A DNA stretch of 45,114 bases from an uncultured bacterium (GCA_937132045.1 CAKZNX010000059.1:1-45114), one strand, 5' to 3'; counted from the first letter of the stretch, positions 9,349 to 20,002 are shown. Numbers and translations are program-made. Notes: a model not told the origin generated them from the sequence alone.

Positions 9349-10278
9349 ATGATTTATCCAGAAGAACGCAGGATTCTGTTGCTGGTCAATCCGCAGGCGG
9401 GCGGGGGCAGGGCGCTTCGCGTGGACTGGTCGATGGTGGGCGCACGGCTTGGGGCATCGTGTCACGTGCGAACGGCGCCAACGCCAGCGGACGCTCTGGC
9501 GATTGCGTCTGAGTTCTGCCTGACGGGCGGGGAGGTACTGGTGGTCGCGGGCGGCGACGGTACCGTGCACGCGGTATTGCCCGCTGTGGTGAATACGCAG
9601 ACGAGGCTGGCGCTGTGCCCGGTCGGCACGAGCAACGTATTGGCGCGTGAACTGGGTTATCCGCTGGGACGTCGGGCAGTAAAGGGCTGTCTGCAAGCGC
9701 TGCGGATGGGCGAAGAGCACCGGATGGATGTAGGGGTGTCGAACGGGCGTCCTTTTGTGCTGATGGCAAGCACGGGGTTTGACACGCATGTGCTGGCGCG
9801 TGTCCCCGAGGAACTGAAGCGACGTTGGGGCGTATGGGCATTCGTCTGGACGGGCATTCGGGAACTGCGCCGCTATCAACCCACGCGCTACCGCCTGCTG
9901 CTGGAAGATAGAGAACAGGAACTGGATGCGGTGATGCTGGTAGCAGCGAACACCTCTCACTATGGCTGGTTCACGCGCATCGCGCCCACCGCACGCATTG
10001 ATGACGGATGGCTGGATATCGTATGGTTTCCCATGTCGCGTGGATGGCGCTGGCATATCTGGCGGGTGCTGCTGGACGTGGTTCTGGGCAGAGCGCATCG
10101 CTGTCGTTACCTGCAGTCGCTACACGCTCGGCGGTTCCGGCTGGAGTGCGCTTCCGCTCAGGATGTACAGTGTGACGGTGAGCTGGTGGCTCGCACTCCG
10201 GTCGGTCTGTCGGTTATCCCACGATGCCTGCGCGTTATCTCCGCATCGCCTCGAGCTCCTTCGCGTAACGCTGTTTGA
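9349..10278 (+). CDS. diacylglycerol-kinase-family lipid kinase (YegS/BmrU/LCB5-like)
   Basis: Motifs LLLVNPQAGGGRA and VVAGGDGTVHAVL are present. I moved the start to ATG 9349 (MIYPEERRILLL...). The 3' end overlaps the convergent fadD-like gene by 44 nt. Confidence 0.75.
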   Translation: MIYPEERRILLLVNPQAGGGRALRVDWSMVGARLGASCHVRTAPTPADALAIASEFCLTGGEVLVVAGGDGTVHAVLPAVVNTQTRLALCPVGTSNVLARELGYPLGRRAVKGCLQALRMGEEHRMDVGVSNGRPFVLMASTGFDTHVLARVPEELKRRWGVWAFVWTGIRELRRYQPTRYRLLLEDREQELDAVMLVAANTSHYGWFTRIAPTARIDDGWLDIVWFPMSRGWRWHIWRVLLDVVLGRAHRCRYLQSLHARRFRLECASAQDVQCDGELVARTPVGLSVIPRCLRVISASPRAPSRNAV

Positions 10279-12019
10279 TGAAGTGTCGGCGCACCTTCAG
10301 CGTGGGGGTCAGCTCGCCCGTCTCGATGCTGAAGGGGTGGTCCAGAAGGGTGAAGCGCCGTACCTTTTCGAACTCGGCGAGGTGAGTGGTCAGGCGCTCA
10401 ATCTCCTGCTTGATCAGCTGCCGCACCTCCGGCAGGGCAACCAGCTCGACGTCGCTCTGCACCAGCAGACCCTGCATCTTCGCCCACTCTCGGGTGCGCT
10501 CGAAGTTGGGCACGATCAGCGCGGTGATGACGTCCTGCTCATCGCCGAACAGCACAGCCTCGGAGATGTAGGGACTGGACTTCAGCTGCTCTTCGATGGG
10601 CACCGGGGCGACGTTCTTGCCGTTTGCCAGCACGATGATATCCTTCTTGCGTCCGGTGATGCGCAGGAAGCCGTCTGCGTCCAGCGAGCCAAGGTCGCCG
10701 GTGTGGAACCAGCCATCCGAGTCGATCACCTGGGCGGTTTCGGCAGGCTTCGTGTAGTAGCCGACCATCACGTTATGACCTCGTACCAGTATCTCGCCGT
10801 CCTCCGCGATGCGAACCTCCACGCCCGGTATCGGCTTGCCCACTGTACCGAACCGGTAGTCGTTCGGCCGGTTGACGGAGACAACAGGCGAGGTCTCGGT
10901 CAGACCATATCCCTCCAGCACCATGATGCCGAAGGCATGGAAAAACTCCGCCAGCGACCTGCCGAGTGCGGCTCCGCCGGATACAAAGAACCGGAAGCGC
11001 CCACCCGTTATCGCGCGCACCTTGTGAAGGACCAGTCTGTCGGCAATCCGGTGCTTGAACCTCAGCCAGGGTGTCCAGCGACGCTCGCCGCGTATCGCCT
11101 CGGCTGCCTTCGAGGCGTTCCGAAACGCCCAGTGGAAGATGCGCCGGCGAAGCGGAGGCTGCTTGGTGACGTTCTCCAGAATGCGGTCGCGGATGCTCTC
11201 GAAAAGGCGAGGCACTGCCAGCATCACGGTCGGCTTTGCTATCTGCATGTCGCGGGCGATGGTGAACAGGGTCTCGCAATAGCAGACGGTGGCGCCGCAG
11301 GCTACCACGGTGAAGTGTCCTGCCATGCGTTCGAACACATGGCTGAGGGGCAGGAAGGACAGGAAGACGTCGTCCGGACCGGCGTCAATCACCTGCAAGC
11401 TGGCGTCGACGTTAGACAGCAGATTCTGGTGGGTCAGCATGGCGCCCTTCGGTTCGCCGGTGGTGCCGCTGGTGTAGATGAAGGTGGCGAAATGTTCGGG
11501 CGGTATCGTGGCGATGCGCTGGCGGAATCGCTTCTCGGCGTCAGCAACCTCCGCGCCGCGCGCCTCGAGGTCTGCCAGACTGAGGGCGTTGCTGGCGAGC
11601 TGCGCCGGCGGGTCCATCACCACGATCGTCTCCAACTGAGGCACGGCTCGACTCACCTCCACCGCCTTGCGGTACTGCTTCTCGTCGGAGACGATAATCA
11701 CCCGTGCACCACTGTCTTGCGCCAGATACGCGATCTGGTTCGCAGGCAGGGACGGATAGACCGGCACCACAATCGCCCCCAGCGAAAGAAGAGCGTAGTC
11801 GGCAATAGCCCATTCCGGTCTGTTCTCCGACAGCAGGAGCACGCGGTCACCGGAAGAGACGCCGGTGTCTTCCAGTCCGACGCTGAGGTGAACGGTGCGT
11901 CGCAGGTAGTCGCCGTAGGAGAGGGGCAAGGTCTGCCCCTTCAGAATGCGCACCAGCGCTACGTGTTCGGGTTGCCTGTCGGCAACCTCGGCGAAGACCG
12001 TGCAGAGGTTACGGTACAC
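10235..12019 (-). CDS. fadD: long-chain acyl-CoA ligase (AMP-binding enzyme, FadD/FAA1-like)
   Basis: AMP-binding signature IYTSGTTGEPKGAMLTH plus GWFHTGD...LRITGRKKD. The start codon at 12019 is GTG, with RBS GGAGG 7 nt upstream. Confidence 0.85.
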   Translation of the reverse strand: MYRNLCTVFAEVADRQPEHVALVRILKGQTLPLSYGDYLRRTVHLSVGLEDTGVSSGDRVLLLSENRPEWAIADYALLSLGAIVVPVYPSLPANQIAYLAQDSGARVIIVSDEKQYRKAVEVSRAVPQLETIVVMDPPAQLASNALSLADLEARGAEVADAEKRFRQRIATIPPEHFATFIYTSGTTGEPKGAMLTHQNLLSNVDASLQVIDAGPDDVFLSFLPLSHVFERMAGHFTVVACGATVCYCETLFTIARDMQIAKPTVMLAVPRLFESIRDRILENVTKQPPLRRRIFHWAFRNASKAAEAIRGERRWTPWLRFKHRIADRLVLHKVRAITGGRFRFFVSGGAALGRSLAEFFHAFGIMVLEGYGLTETSPVVSVNRPNDYRFGTVGKPIPGVEVRIAEDGEILVRGHNVMVGYYTKPAETAQVIDSDGWFHTGDLGSLDADGFLRITGRKKDIIVLANGKNVAPVPIEEQLKSSPYISEAVLFGDEQDVITALIVPNFERTREWAKMQGLLVQSDVELVALPEVRQLIKQEIERLTTHLAEFEKVRRFTLLDHPFSIETGELTPTLKVRRHFIKQRYAKELEAMRR

Positions 12020-12130
12020 AGGGATACCTCCTACCCCATCGTTGTAATGGCAGCCCCTCGGCTACCCGATACAGGCAAGCCTCCCTTGCCCGTGGTGGCG
12101 CACTCGCCCCACCAGGGTAGAGACCGGCTT

Positions 12131-12544
12131 TCATTCACCAATCACTTTCAATATTACACGTTTTCGGCGCTGTCCGTCAAACTCCGCGTAGTAAATCTGC
12201 TGCCATGGACCCAGGTCCAGCCGTCCGTTGGTAATCGGCACGATGACCTCGTGATGGATGAGCAGACTCTTCAGGTGGGCGTCGCCGTTGTCTTCTCCGG
12301 TGCGATGATGCCGATAGTCTGGGCGGTATGGGGCAAGCTTCTCCAGCCATTCGTCGATGTCCGCGATCAGCCCACTCTCGGCATCGTTCACATACACGCC
12401 TGCGGTAATGTGCATGGCGCTGACCAGCACGAACCCTTCCTGAATTCCGCTTTCCCGCACAAAGTCCTCCACGTCAGCGGTGATGTTGATGTACTCGCGG
12501 CGCCTGCTCGTGTTGAACCAGAGATACTTCGTAGCGGATCTCAT
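12131..12544 (-). CDS. yjbQ: YjbQ/UPF0047 family protein (secondary thiamine-phosphate synthase-like)
   Basis: 137 aa. The family-typical sequence is present (...[43 protein letters not shown]...HLKS...). RBS AAGGAG precedes ATG 12544. Confidence 0.8.
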   Translation of the reverse strand: MRSATKYLWFNTSRRREYINITADVEDFVRESGIQEGFVLVSAMHITAGVYVNDAESGLIADIDEWLEKLAPYRPDYRHHRTGEDNGDAHLKSLLIHHEVIVPITNGRLDLGPWQQIYYAEFDGQRRKRVILKVIGE

Positions 12545-12679
12545 CTTGGCTCCTTCGTCAGAACTCGTTCCGGCAAAATGATAGCATACCGTGTGGGCAG
12601 TGTGCCACAGAGGATAGAGAGAAATGCGCTGAGAAAAGGGGAAGGGTGAGCGTGAAAGCGAGGAGGCAACGAGAACAAC

Positions 12680-13813
12680 ATGCGAGAAGGGGTTCAGAAC
12701 GGCGTGGATGTGCTGATAGAGGCGGGGTGCAGGTCTCTACTTGGACTGCGCGTTGGCGTTATCACCAACCACACAGGGCTGACGCGCGATGGAAAACCGA
12801 CCTGGCGCGCCCTTCTGGATGCTGGCGTGAAGCTGGTTGCGCTGTTCAGTCCCGAGCATGGCTTCGCCGGCATAGTGGACGAACCTGTTGCCGATGCGAA
12901 GCATCCCGAGACGGGCTTGCCCATCTACAGCCTGTACGGGGAACACAAGGCGCCCACGGCGGACATGTTGAAGGGTGTGGACGCGCTGGTGTTCGACATT
13001 CAGGACATCGGCTGTCGGTTCTACACATACATCTCCACGATGGGGCTGGCGATGGAGGCGGCTGGACAGCACGGCGTGCGCATGGTGGTGCTGGACCGCG
13101 TCAATCCCATCAACGGGGTGGCGGTGGAGGGCAGCGTGACCGACGCGGACAGACGCTCCTTCGTGGCGTACCACTCCGTCCCGCTGAGGCACGGCATGAC
13201 CGCGGGTGAGCTGGCGAAACTCTTTCAGTCGGAACGCGCGCCGAAGTGCGACCTGCAGGTGGTACCCTGTACCGGCTGGAAGCGGGAGATGTGGTACGAT
13301 GTCACCGGCTTGCGATGGGTGAACCCATCGCCCAACATGCGCAGTCTCACGGCAGCGACGCTCTATCCGGGCGTCGGGCTGCTGGAGTTTACCAACGTCT
13401 CGGTAGGGAGGGGCACCGATGCGCCCTTTGAGTTGTTCGGCGCACCGTGGCTGAACTCGGAGGCGCTGGCGTCCACGCTGCTGAGAAGGAACCTGCCCGG
13501 CTTTGCCTGTATGCCCGTGCAATTCACCCCAAACGCCAGCAAGTTTGCTGGAGAAGCCTGTCAGGGTCTGCGCCTGTCGGTGGTGGACCGTCGCAGGTTT
13601 CAGCCAGTGCGCCTTGGTGTGGAGATGGCGTGCGCTTTGCGACGTCTTCATCCGCGCGACTGGGAGCACAACCGGCTGATGACCCTGTTGACCGATACGA
13701 AAGCGTTTCAGATGATAGACCGAAACGCCGATGCGGATGACGTGTGGGCGCACATGCAGGCACAGGCGACCGCCTTCCGTCGCCCCCGAACACGCTACCT
13801 TCTCTACGCATAA
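12680..13813 (+). CDS. DUF1343 family protein (exo-beta-N-acetylmuramidase NamZ-like)
   Basis: 377 aa. The N-terminus [10 protein letters not shown]...GVITNHTGL and the motif [15 protein letters not shown] are characteristic of DUF1343. Confidence 0.75.
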   Translation: MREGVQNGVDVLIEAGCRSLLGLRVGVITNHTGLTRDGKPTWRALLDAGVKLVALFSPEHGFAGIVDEPVADAKHPETGLPIYSLYGEHKAPTADMLKGVDALVFDIQDIGCRFYTYISTMGLAMEAAGQHGVRMVVLDRVNPINGVAVEGSVTDADRRSFVAYHSVPLRHGMTAGELAKLFQSERAPKCDLQVVPCTGWKREMWYDVTGLRWVNPSPNMRSLTAATLYPGVGLLEFTNVSVGRGTDAPFELFGAPWLNSEALASTLLRRNLPGFACMPVQFTPNASKFAGEACQGLRLSVVDRRRFQPVRLGVEMACALRRLHPRDWEHNRLMTLLTDTKAFQMIDRNADADDVWAHMQAQATAFRRPRTRYLLYA

Positions 13814-13862
13814 ATGAAACCCGGTTTCTCTCGTAAGTGTCGAAATGACGGAGGTGAAAGCG

Positions 13863-14513
13863 ATGAGTGTGCGAAGCATGGTTGCCTGGGGTGTGCTGGT
13901 GCTGGCTTTGATGTTCGCGTATTCTATCTGGCTGTATCCAAACCTGCCGGAACAGGTGCCGACCCACTGGAACTGGAAGGGCGAGGTAGACGAGTGGAGC
14001 AGTAAACCTTTCGGCGCGTTCTTCCTGCCCAGCATGACGGTGATCCTGTGGCTGGTACTGCTTGTTCTGCCGTGGCTGTCGCCACGTGGGTTCAAGGTGG
14101 AGGCTTTCCGACCCATCTACAACATCATCGTGCTGATGATGGTGGTTCTGATGGCGTACATCCATCTGGTTGCCCTGCAGGCGGCTCTGCATCCGAAGCT
14201 GGATATGGCGCGGGCACTCATGGGCGGCATCCTCCTGCTGTTCGCGGGCATCGGCGCGTTGCTGGGCAGGGTGAAGCGAAACTTCTGGGTCGGGGTGCGT
14301 ACGCCCTGGACGCTTGCCAGCGAGGTGGTGTGGGACCGCACTCACCGGCTTGCCTCGCGGGTGTACACCATTGTCGGGATTGCGGGCGCGCTGGCGATTC
14401 TGGCAGGAGTTCCACCGACCGTGTGTCTGGTGGTCTTCTTCCTCGTGGTTTTCGTGCCGGTGGTGTACTCGCTGGTGCTGTACAAGCAGCTGGAGAGCAG
14501 AGGCGCCGTGTGA
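13863..14513 (+). CDS. SdpI/YhfL-family membrane protein with N-terminal DUF1648
   Basis: YPNLPEQVPTHWNWKGEVDEWSSK is the DUF1648 signature, followed by four further hydrophobic helices. I preferred start ATG 13863, which has GGAGGTG 7 nt upstream. ATG 13845 is an alternative. Confidence 0.65.
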   Translation: MSVRSMVAWGVLVLALMFAYSIWLYPNLPEQVPTHWNWKGEVDEWSSKPFGAFFLPSMTVILWLVLLVLPWLSPRGFKVEAFRPIYNIIVLMMVVLMAYIHLVALQAALHPKLDMARALMGGILLLFAGIGALLGRVKRNFWVGVRTPWTLASEVVWDRTHRLASRVYTIVGIAGALAILAGVPPTVCLVVFFLVVFVPVVYSLVLYKQLESRGAV

Positions 14514-14517
14514 ACGC

Positions 14518-16639
<2,122 letters not shown>

Positions 16640-16725
16640 ATATTGTGGTGTTCACACCGGCATTTGGGCAGGAAAGGCTGGCGTAGAGCGCGGAATCACC
16701 AGATGCGAGAGAAAGGAGGCGGGAA

Positions 16726-17934
16726 ATGATAAGGCTGGGGTGGATGCTATGTCTTCTCTTGGGCACGCTGGACGTACTGGCTCAACCTGCGCGCGACGAC
16801 TGGTTCCGATATCCGTCTCAGCCCTTGTCGGCGGAGGTGGTCGCACTGAGTGCCCCCTCCGAAACACAGCATTTGCTGGTGAAGTTCCCCAGTCTGCTCA
16901 GCACGCCGGAGTATCCCCAGAATCAAACCGTCTACGCGGAGGTCTTCCTTCCCCGAACCGGCAACAGAATGCCTGCTGTGCTCATCCTGCATTCGTGGGG
17001 TGTGCAGAGACCGGACATCGAGCTGTCGCTGGCTCGGATGCTGGCGCAGAAGGGCTTCGTAACCGCCGTGATGACCCTGCCCTATCACATGCAGCGGACG
17101 CCGGCTGGCTACCTGAGCGGGGAGCTGATGATCGTGCCCGACCCCCAGCAGATGCGAGATACCATGCGGCAAGCGACACTGGACGCCTGCAGGCTCATCG
17201 ATTGGCTGCAAACTCAGCCGCAGGTCGATTCGGAACGCATTGGCATCGTAGGTATCAGCCTCGGGGCGATTGTGGGGGCGCTGGTGCTGGCGGTGGAGGA
17301 CCGTATGGGGGCAGGAGTGCTGGTGCTGGGCGGCGCGAATCTGGCGCATGTGCTCTGGCGCAGTCCGCTGACGATGAGCGTGCGCAGTGAGCTTCGCAGT
17401 AAAGGCACAGGTTATGAGCGACTGCGAGACGAGCTGGCGTCGGTGGAGCCGCTCCACTACCTGCGCGGGCAGTACGGACACCGCGTGTTGATGATTAACG
17501 GCAGGTTCGACCTGGTGATACCACGAGAGGATGCCCTGGCGCTGCGTCGGGCGCTGGGCGAGGGACCGCTTCTGTGGCTGAACACGGGGCACTACGGACC
17601 TGCTCTGGTCCGACCGGCACTGTTCAACCTCGTTGCCCGTTTCCTCAGCGCAAACCTTCAGAACGACTCACAGCCTTTTGTTCTGCCGAGTTCGTTGAAC
17701 GAGCCCACCATACGCATCGGTTTGTTGTACAGCGGAGTATGGGGTGCGCGAGTGAGTGCGGCGGTCGACATCTGGCGATGGGAACGCGAGGGCAGAGCGG
17801 GCGTCTCTTTGCAGGCATCTCCACGCAACCTCTCGTTGCTGGCGGGATTTCGTCCCATCTCCCCGGTGCATATCGGCTTTGAACTATCCACGCGACCTGC
17901 GGCGGGATACCTTTTCATCCACTTTGTGCTGTAG
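16726..17934 (+). CDS. secreted alpha/beta-fold hydrolase (dienelactone hydrolase / peptidase S9-like) with C-terminal extension
   Basis: Signal peptide MIRLGWMLCLLLGTLDVLAQP. Nucleophile elbow GISLGA, and later NGRFDLVIP and NTGHYG as candidate Asp and His. RBS AAGGAGG precedes ATG 16726. Confidence 0.7.
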   Translation: MIRLGWMLCLLLGTLDVLAQPARDDWFRYPSQPLSAEVVALSAPSETQHLLVKFPSLLSTPEYPQNQTVYAEVFLPRTGNRMPAVLILHSWGVQRPDIELSLARMLAQKGFVTAVMTLPYHMQRTPAGYLSGELMIVPDPQQMRDTMRQATLDACRLIDWLQTQPQVDSERIGIVGISLGAIVGALVLAVEDRMGAGVLVLGGANLAHVLWRSPLTMSVRSELRSKGTGYERLRDELASVEPLHYLRGQYGHRVLMINGRFDLVIPREDALALRRALGEGPLLWLNTGHYGPALVRPALFNLVARFLSANLQNDSQPFVLPSSLNEPTIRIGLLYSGVWGARVSAAVDIWRWEREGRAGVSLQASPRNLSLLAGFRPISPVHIGFELSTRPAAGYLFIHFVL

Positions 17935-17998
17935 CGTCGCCACTCAGTTTCCACCGCACGCCGCGCCTGTGCCACCTAGTGCAGAATTACTTCACGCA

Positions 17999-18014
17999 TA
18001 AATGTCTACATTTA
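17999..18014. promoter_or_regulatory. AT-rich palindrome TAAATGT-CT-ACATTTA
   Basis: Perfect 7-bp inverted arms with a 2-bp spacer, inside the AT-rich island upstream of the dcw promoter. Confidence 0.3.
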
Positions 18015-18028
18015 GGGGTGCTCGACGA

Positions 18029-18052
18029 TTTTTCTCAAAATATTGAGAAAAA
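18029..18052. promoter_or_regulatory. AT-rich palindrome TTTTTCTCAA-AATA-TTGAGAAAAA
   Basis: Perfect 10-bp inverted arms with a 4-bp spacer, ending 14 nt upstream of the -35 hexamer of the dcw promoter. This could be an operator, or a weak terminator for the upstream hydrolase gene. Confidence 0.35.
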
Positions 18053-18066
18053 GCTCCCCAAAACCG

Positions 18067-18096
18067 TTGACAAGCCGAGCCCCCATCCTTTACAAT
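18067..18096 (+). promoter_or_regulatory. consensus sigma-70-type promoter of the dcw cluster (Pmra equivalent)
   Basis: TTGACA (18067-18072), an 18-nt spacer, then TACAAT (18091-18096). Confidence 0.6.
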
Positions 18097-18103
18097 ATGG
18101 GCA

Positions 18104-18136
18104 AGTCAAGTGGATGTTCAGTGGAGGTCAGGTGGT
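18104..18136 (+). promoter_or_regulatory. three tandem 11-bp direct repeats (nGTnnnGTGGn), candidate MraZ operator
   Basis: AGTCAAGTGGA / TGTTCAGTGGA / GGTCAGGTGGT, with 7 of 11 positions invariant. They sit between the -10 hexamer and the first in-frame ATG of mraZ. Confidence 0.45.
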
Positions 18137-18139
18137 GAA

Positions 18140-18685
18140 ATGGCGGAGGAACAGGCTCCAAACGGTGCGCTGGACGAGAATTCGGTGGAGGCTCTGGGCG
18201 CCGTCACCGATGACGACCCTCGCGCCATGCTGCAGGGCTACTCGGAGCACTCGGTGGATGATAAAGGGCGTATCATCATGCCGCAGCGCTTCCGAGAGCT
18301 CTTCGGGCGCTCGTGCGTGATTACCCGTGGCTGGAACCACAGCTTGTTTGTTTTCCATCTCAGCACCTGGCAACGCATCAAGTCTCGATTGTCTGAACTA
18401 TCATTCACCAACAGGGATGCGGTTCTCCTGCAAAGGTTCTTCGTCAATGTAGCCACTGAGGTGGATATCGACTCGCAGGGGCGCCTGGCGATACCGTCTC
18501 ACCTGCGCGAACTCGCCGATATCCGGTTGCCGACCTCCGAGACGCAGAGTACTGTCGTGATTATTGGGGCGCCGTATCGGCTGGAGATATGGAGCAAGCA
18601 GGTGTGGAAAGCGGCAAACGCTGAGATCGAGGATCAGGCGGTGTTCGCCGCCGCTGCAGCGCTGGATGTGAAATTGGAGCTCTGA
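18140..18685 (+). CDS. mraZ: transcriptional regulator MraZ (start uncertain: ATG 18140 or ATG 18227)
   Basis: Two DxxGR SpoVT/AbrB-like repeats are present (DDKGRIIMP and DSQGRLAIP). The canonical N-terminus MLQGYSEHSVDDKGR begins at 18227 but has no RBS. ATG 18140 has GGAGG / GGTGGTGA upstream and would add a 29-aa acidic extension. Confidence 0.9.
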   Translation: MAEEQAPNGALDENSVEALGAVTDDDPRAMLQGYSEHSVDDKGRIIMPQRFRELFGRSCVITRGWNHSLFVFHLSTWQRIKSRLSELSFTNRDAVLLQRFFVNVATEVDIDSQGRLAIPSHLRELADIRLPTSETQSTVVIIGAPYRLEIWSKQVWKAANAEIEDQAVFAAAAALDVKLEL

Positions 18686-18686
18686 G

Positions 18687-19631
18687 ATGATGACCATGAA
18701 CAGCCATACACCGGTGATGGTTCACGAGGTGCTGGAGCTGCTCCGTCCACGTCCGGGAGAGGTTTTTGTGGATGCGACGGTGGGGCTGGGTGGACACGCA
18801 GCGGAGATTGCCAGCCGCCTGATCCCCGGCGGCTGGCTGATTGGGCTGGACCGTGACCGCCAGGCGCTGGACGACGCAGCTCGCCGACTGGCGAACCTGA
18901 GCGGGGCGGTGCGGGTGACGGTGGTTCACGCCGATTTCCGCGACCTGCCTCAAGTTCTGCTTTCGCGCGGGGTTGAGGGTATCCACGGCGTTCTGTTTGA
19001 CCTGGGCGTAAGTTCCTTGCAGCTGGACAGCGCGGAAAGGGGCTTCAGCTTCCGGTTCGACGCGCCACTGGACATGCGTATGGACACAAGCCAGTCAGGG
19101 TTGACCGCTGCGGACATCGTGAACCGCTGGAGCGAAACGGACCTGCGCCGTATCATTGCCGAGTACGGAGAGGAACCTGCCGCGGCGCGAGTAGCGCGGG
19201 CAATAGTGCAGAACCGCCCTGTTGCCAGCGCCCTGCAGCTGGCTGGGATTGTGGCGCATGCGGTTGGACGGCGTGGAGGGCGTATCCATCCGGCGACGCG
19301 CACGTTTCAGGCTCTGCGGATTGTGGTGAACAGCGAGATCGAGGGGCTTCAGGAAGCGATTGAGCAGGCGATTCGCTGTCTGTTACCGGGGGGGCGCATT
19401 GTGGTGCTGTCCTATCACTCGCTGGAGGCGCGTGCGGTGAAGCGTGCATTCCAGCGGCTGAGTGGTAAATGCATCTGCCCGCCACATGTGCCTGAGTGTC
19501 GTTGTGGAGCAGAGCGGTTGATCGAGGTCATCACTTCGCATGCGCTCAAACCAGATGCGCAGGAAGTGGCTCTGAATCCACGCTCTCGCAGTGCTCAGTG
19601 CCGCGCCGCCGAGCGGCTTGCGAGGGTTTAG
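18687..19631 (+). CDS. rsmH: 16S rRNA (cytosine1402-N4)-methyltransferase RsmH (MraW)
   Basis: SAM-binding motif VDATVGLGGHA, plus DLGVSSLQLD and the ...YHSLE... motif. It lies directly after mraZ. Confidence 0.92.
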   Translation: MMTMNSHTPVMVHEVLELLRPRPGEVFVDATVGLGGHAAEIASRLIPGGWLIGLDRDRQALDDAARRLANLSGAVRVTVVHADFRDLPQVLLSRGVEGIHGVLFDLGVSSLQLDSAERGFSFRFDAPLDMRMDTSQSGLTAADIVNRWSETDLRRIIAEYGEEPAAARVARAIVQNRPVASALQLAGIVAHAVGRRGGRIHPATRTFQALRIVVNSEIEGLQEAIEQAIRCLLPGGRIVVLSYHSLEARAVKRAFQRLSGKCICPPHVPECRCGAERLIEVITSHALKPDAQEVALNPRSRSAQCRAAERLARV

Positions 19632-19657
19632 TCCATTCGTCAAAGGAGGGCGCTACG

Positions 19658-20002
19658 ATGGTTTTTCAAGATGTGGTTCGCTCGGGGGTGAAGGTTCGTG
19701 CGAGGGTGGTCGCCAGGTACCGCGTGCGAGCGGGTGTCTGGTTATGGTGCGCTCTGGGACTTGGGCTCTTTGTTACCTATTTCGCCGCGTACGGATACGT
19801 TTATCACCTCTCGCGTGTCCGGCATCAACTGCTCGTGCAACGCGACCGGCAGCGCGAGGCGTTCTTTGTCGGGCAGGGTCGTGTGGAGGCACTGCGAAGC
19901 CCCCTGCGTATCCAGCGCGAGGTTGAGATGCTGGGCATGGTGCCTCTAACCATGCCAGAAGGGCTTAAGGGCAAATCGATCGTGGTGGCAGCGCGGGAGT
20001 AA
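19658..20002 (+). CDS. ftsL: FtsL-like cell-division protein (single TM helix plus short periplasmic helix)
   Basis: 114 aa. It has a basic N-terminus, a TM helix (VWLWCALGLGLFVTYFAAYGYV), then QLLVQRDRQREAFFVGQGRVEALRS. RBS AAGGAGGG precedes ATG 19658. The position between rsmH and ftsI is the canonical one. The call rests on position and topology only. Confidence 0.6.
   Translation: MVFQDVVRSGVKVRARVVARYRVRAGVWLWCALGLGLFVTYFAAYGYVYHLSRVRHQLLVQRDRQREAFFVGQGRVEALRSPLRIQREVEMLGMVPLTMPEGLKGKSIVVAARE

Noticed and set aside
9962-12649. 895-aa ORF on the + strand, the longest 'protein' in this part of the track
   Set aside because: It lies entirely antisense to the well-supported fadD-like and yjbQ genes. 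Its sequence is Arg/Gly/His/Leu-rich with no recognisable motif, RBS or domain. This is typical stop-depleted shadow ORF in GC-rich DNA.
18110-18139. GTG 18110 as the mraZ start (track ORF 18110-18685)
   Set aside because: It has no RBS. It would place the three 11-bp repeats inside the coding sequence and start only about 7 nt after the predicted TSS. ATG 18140 or ATG 18227 are better supported.
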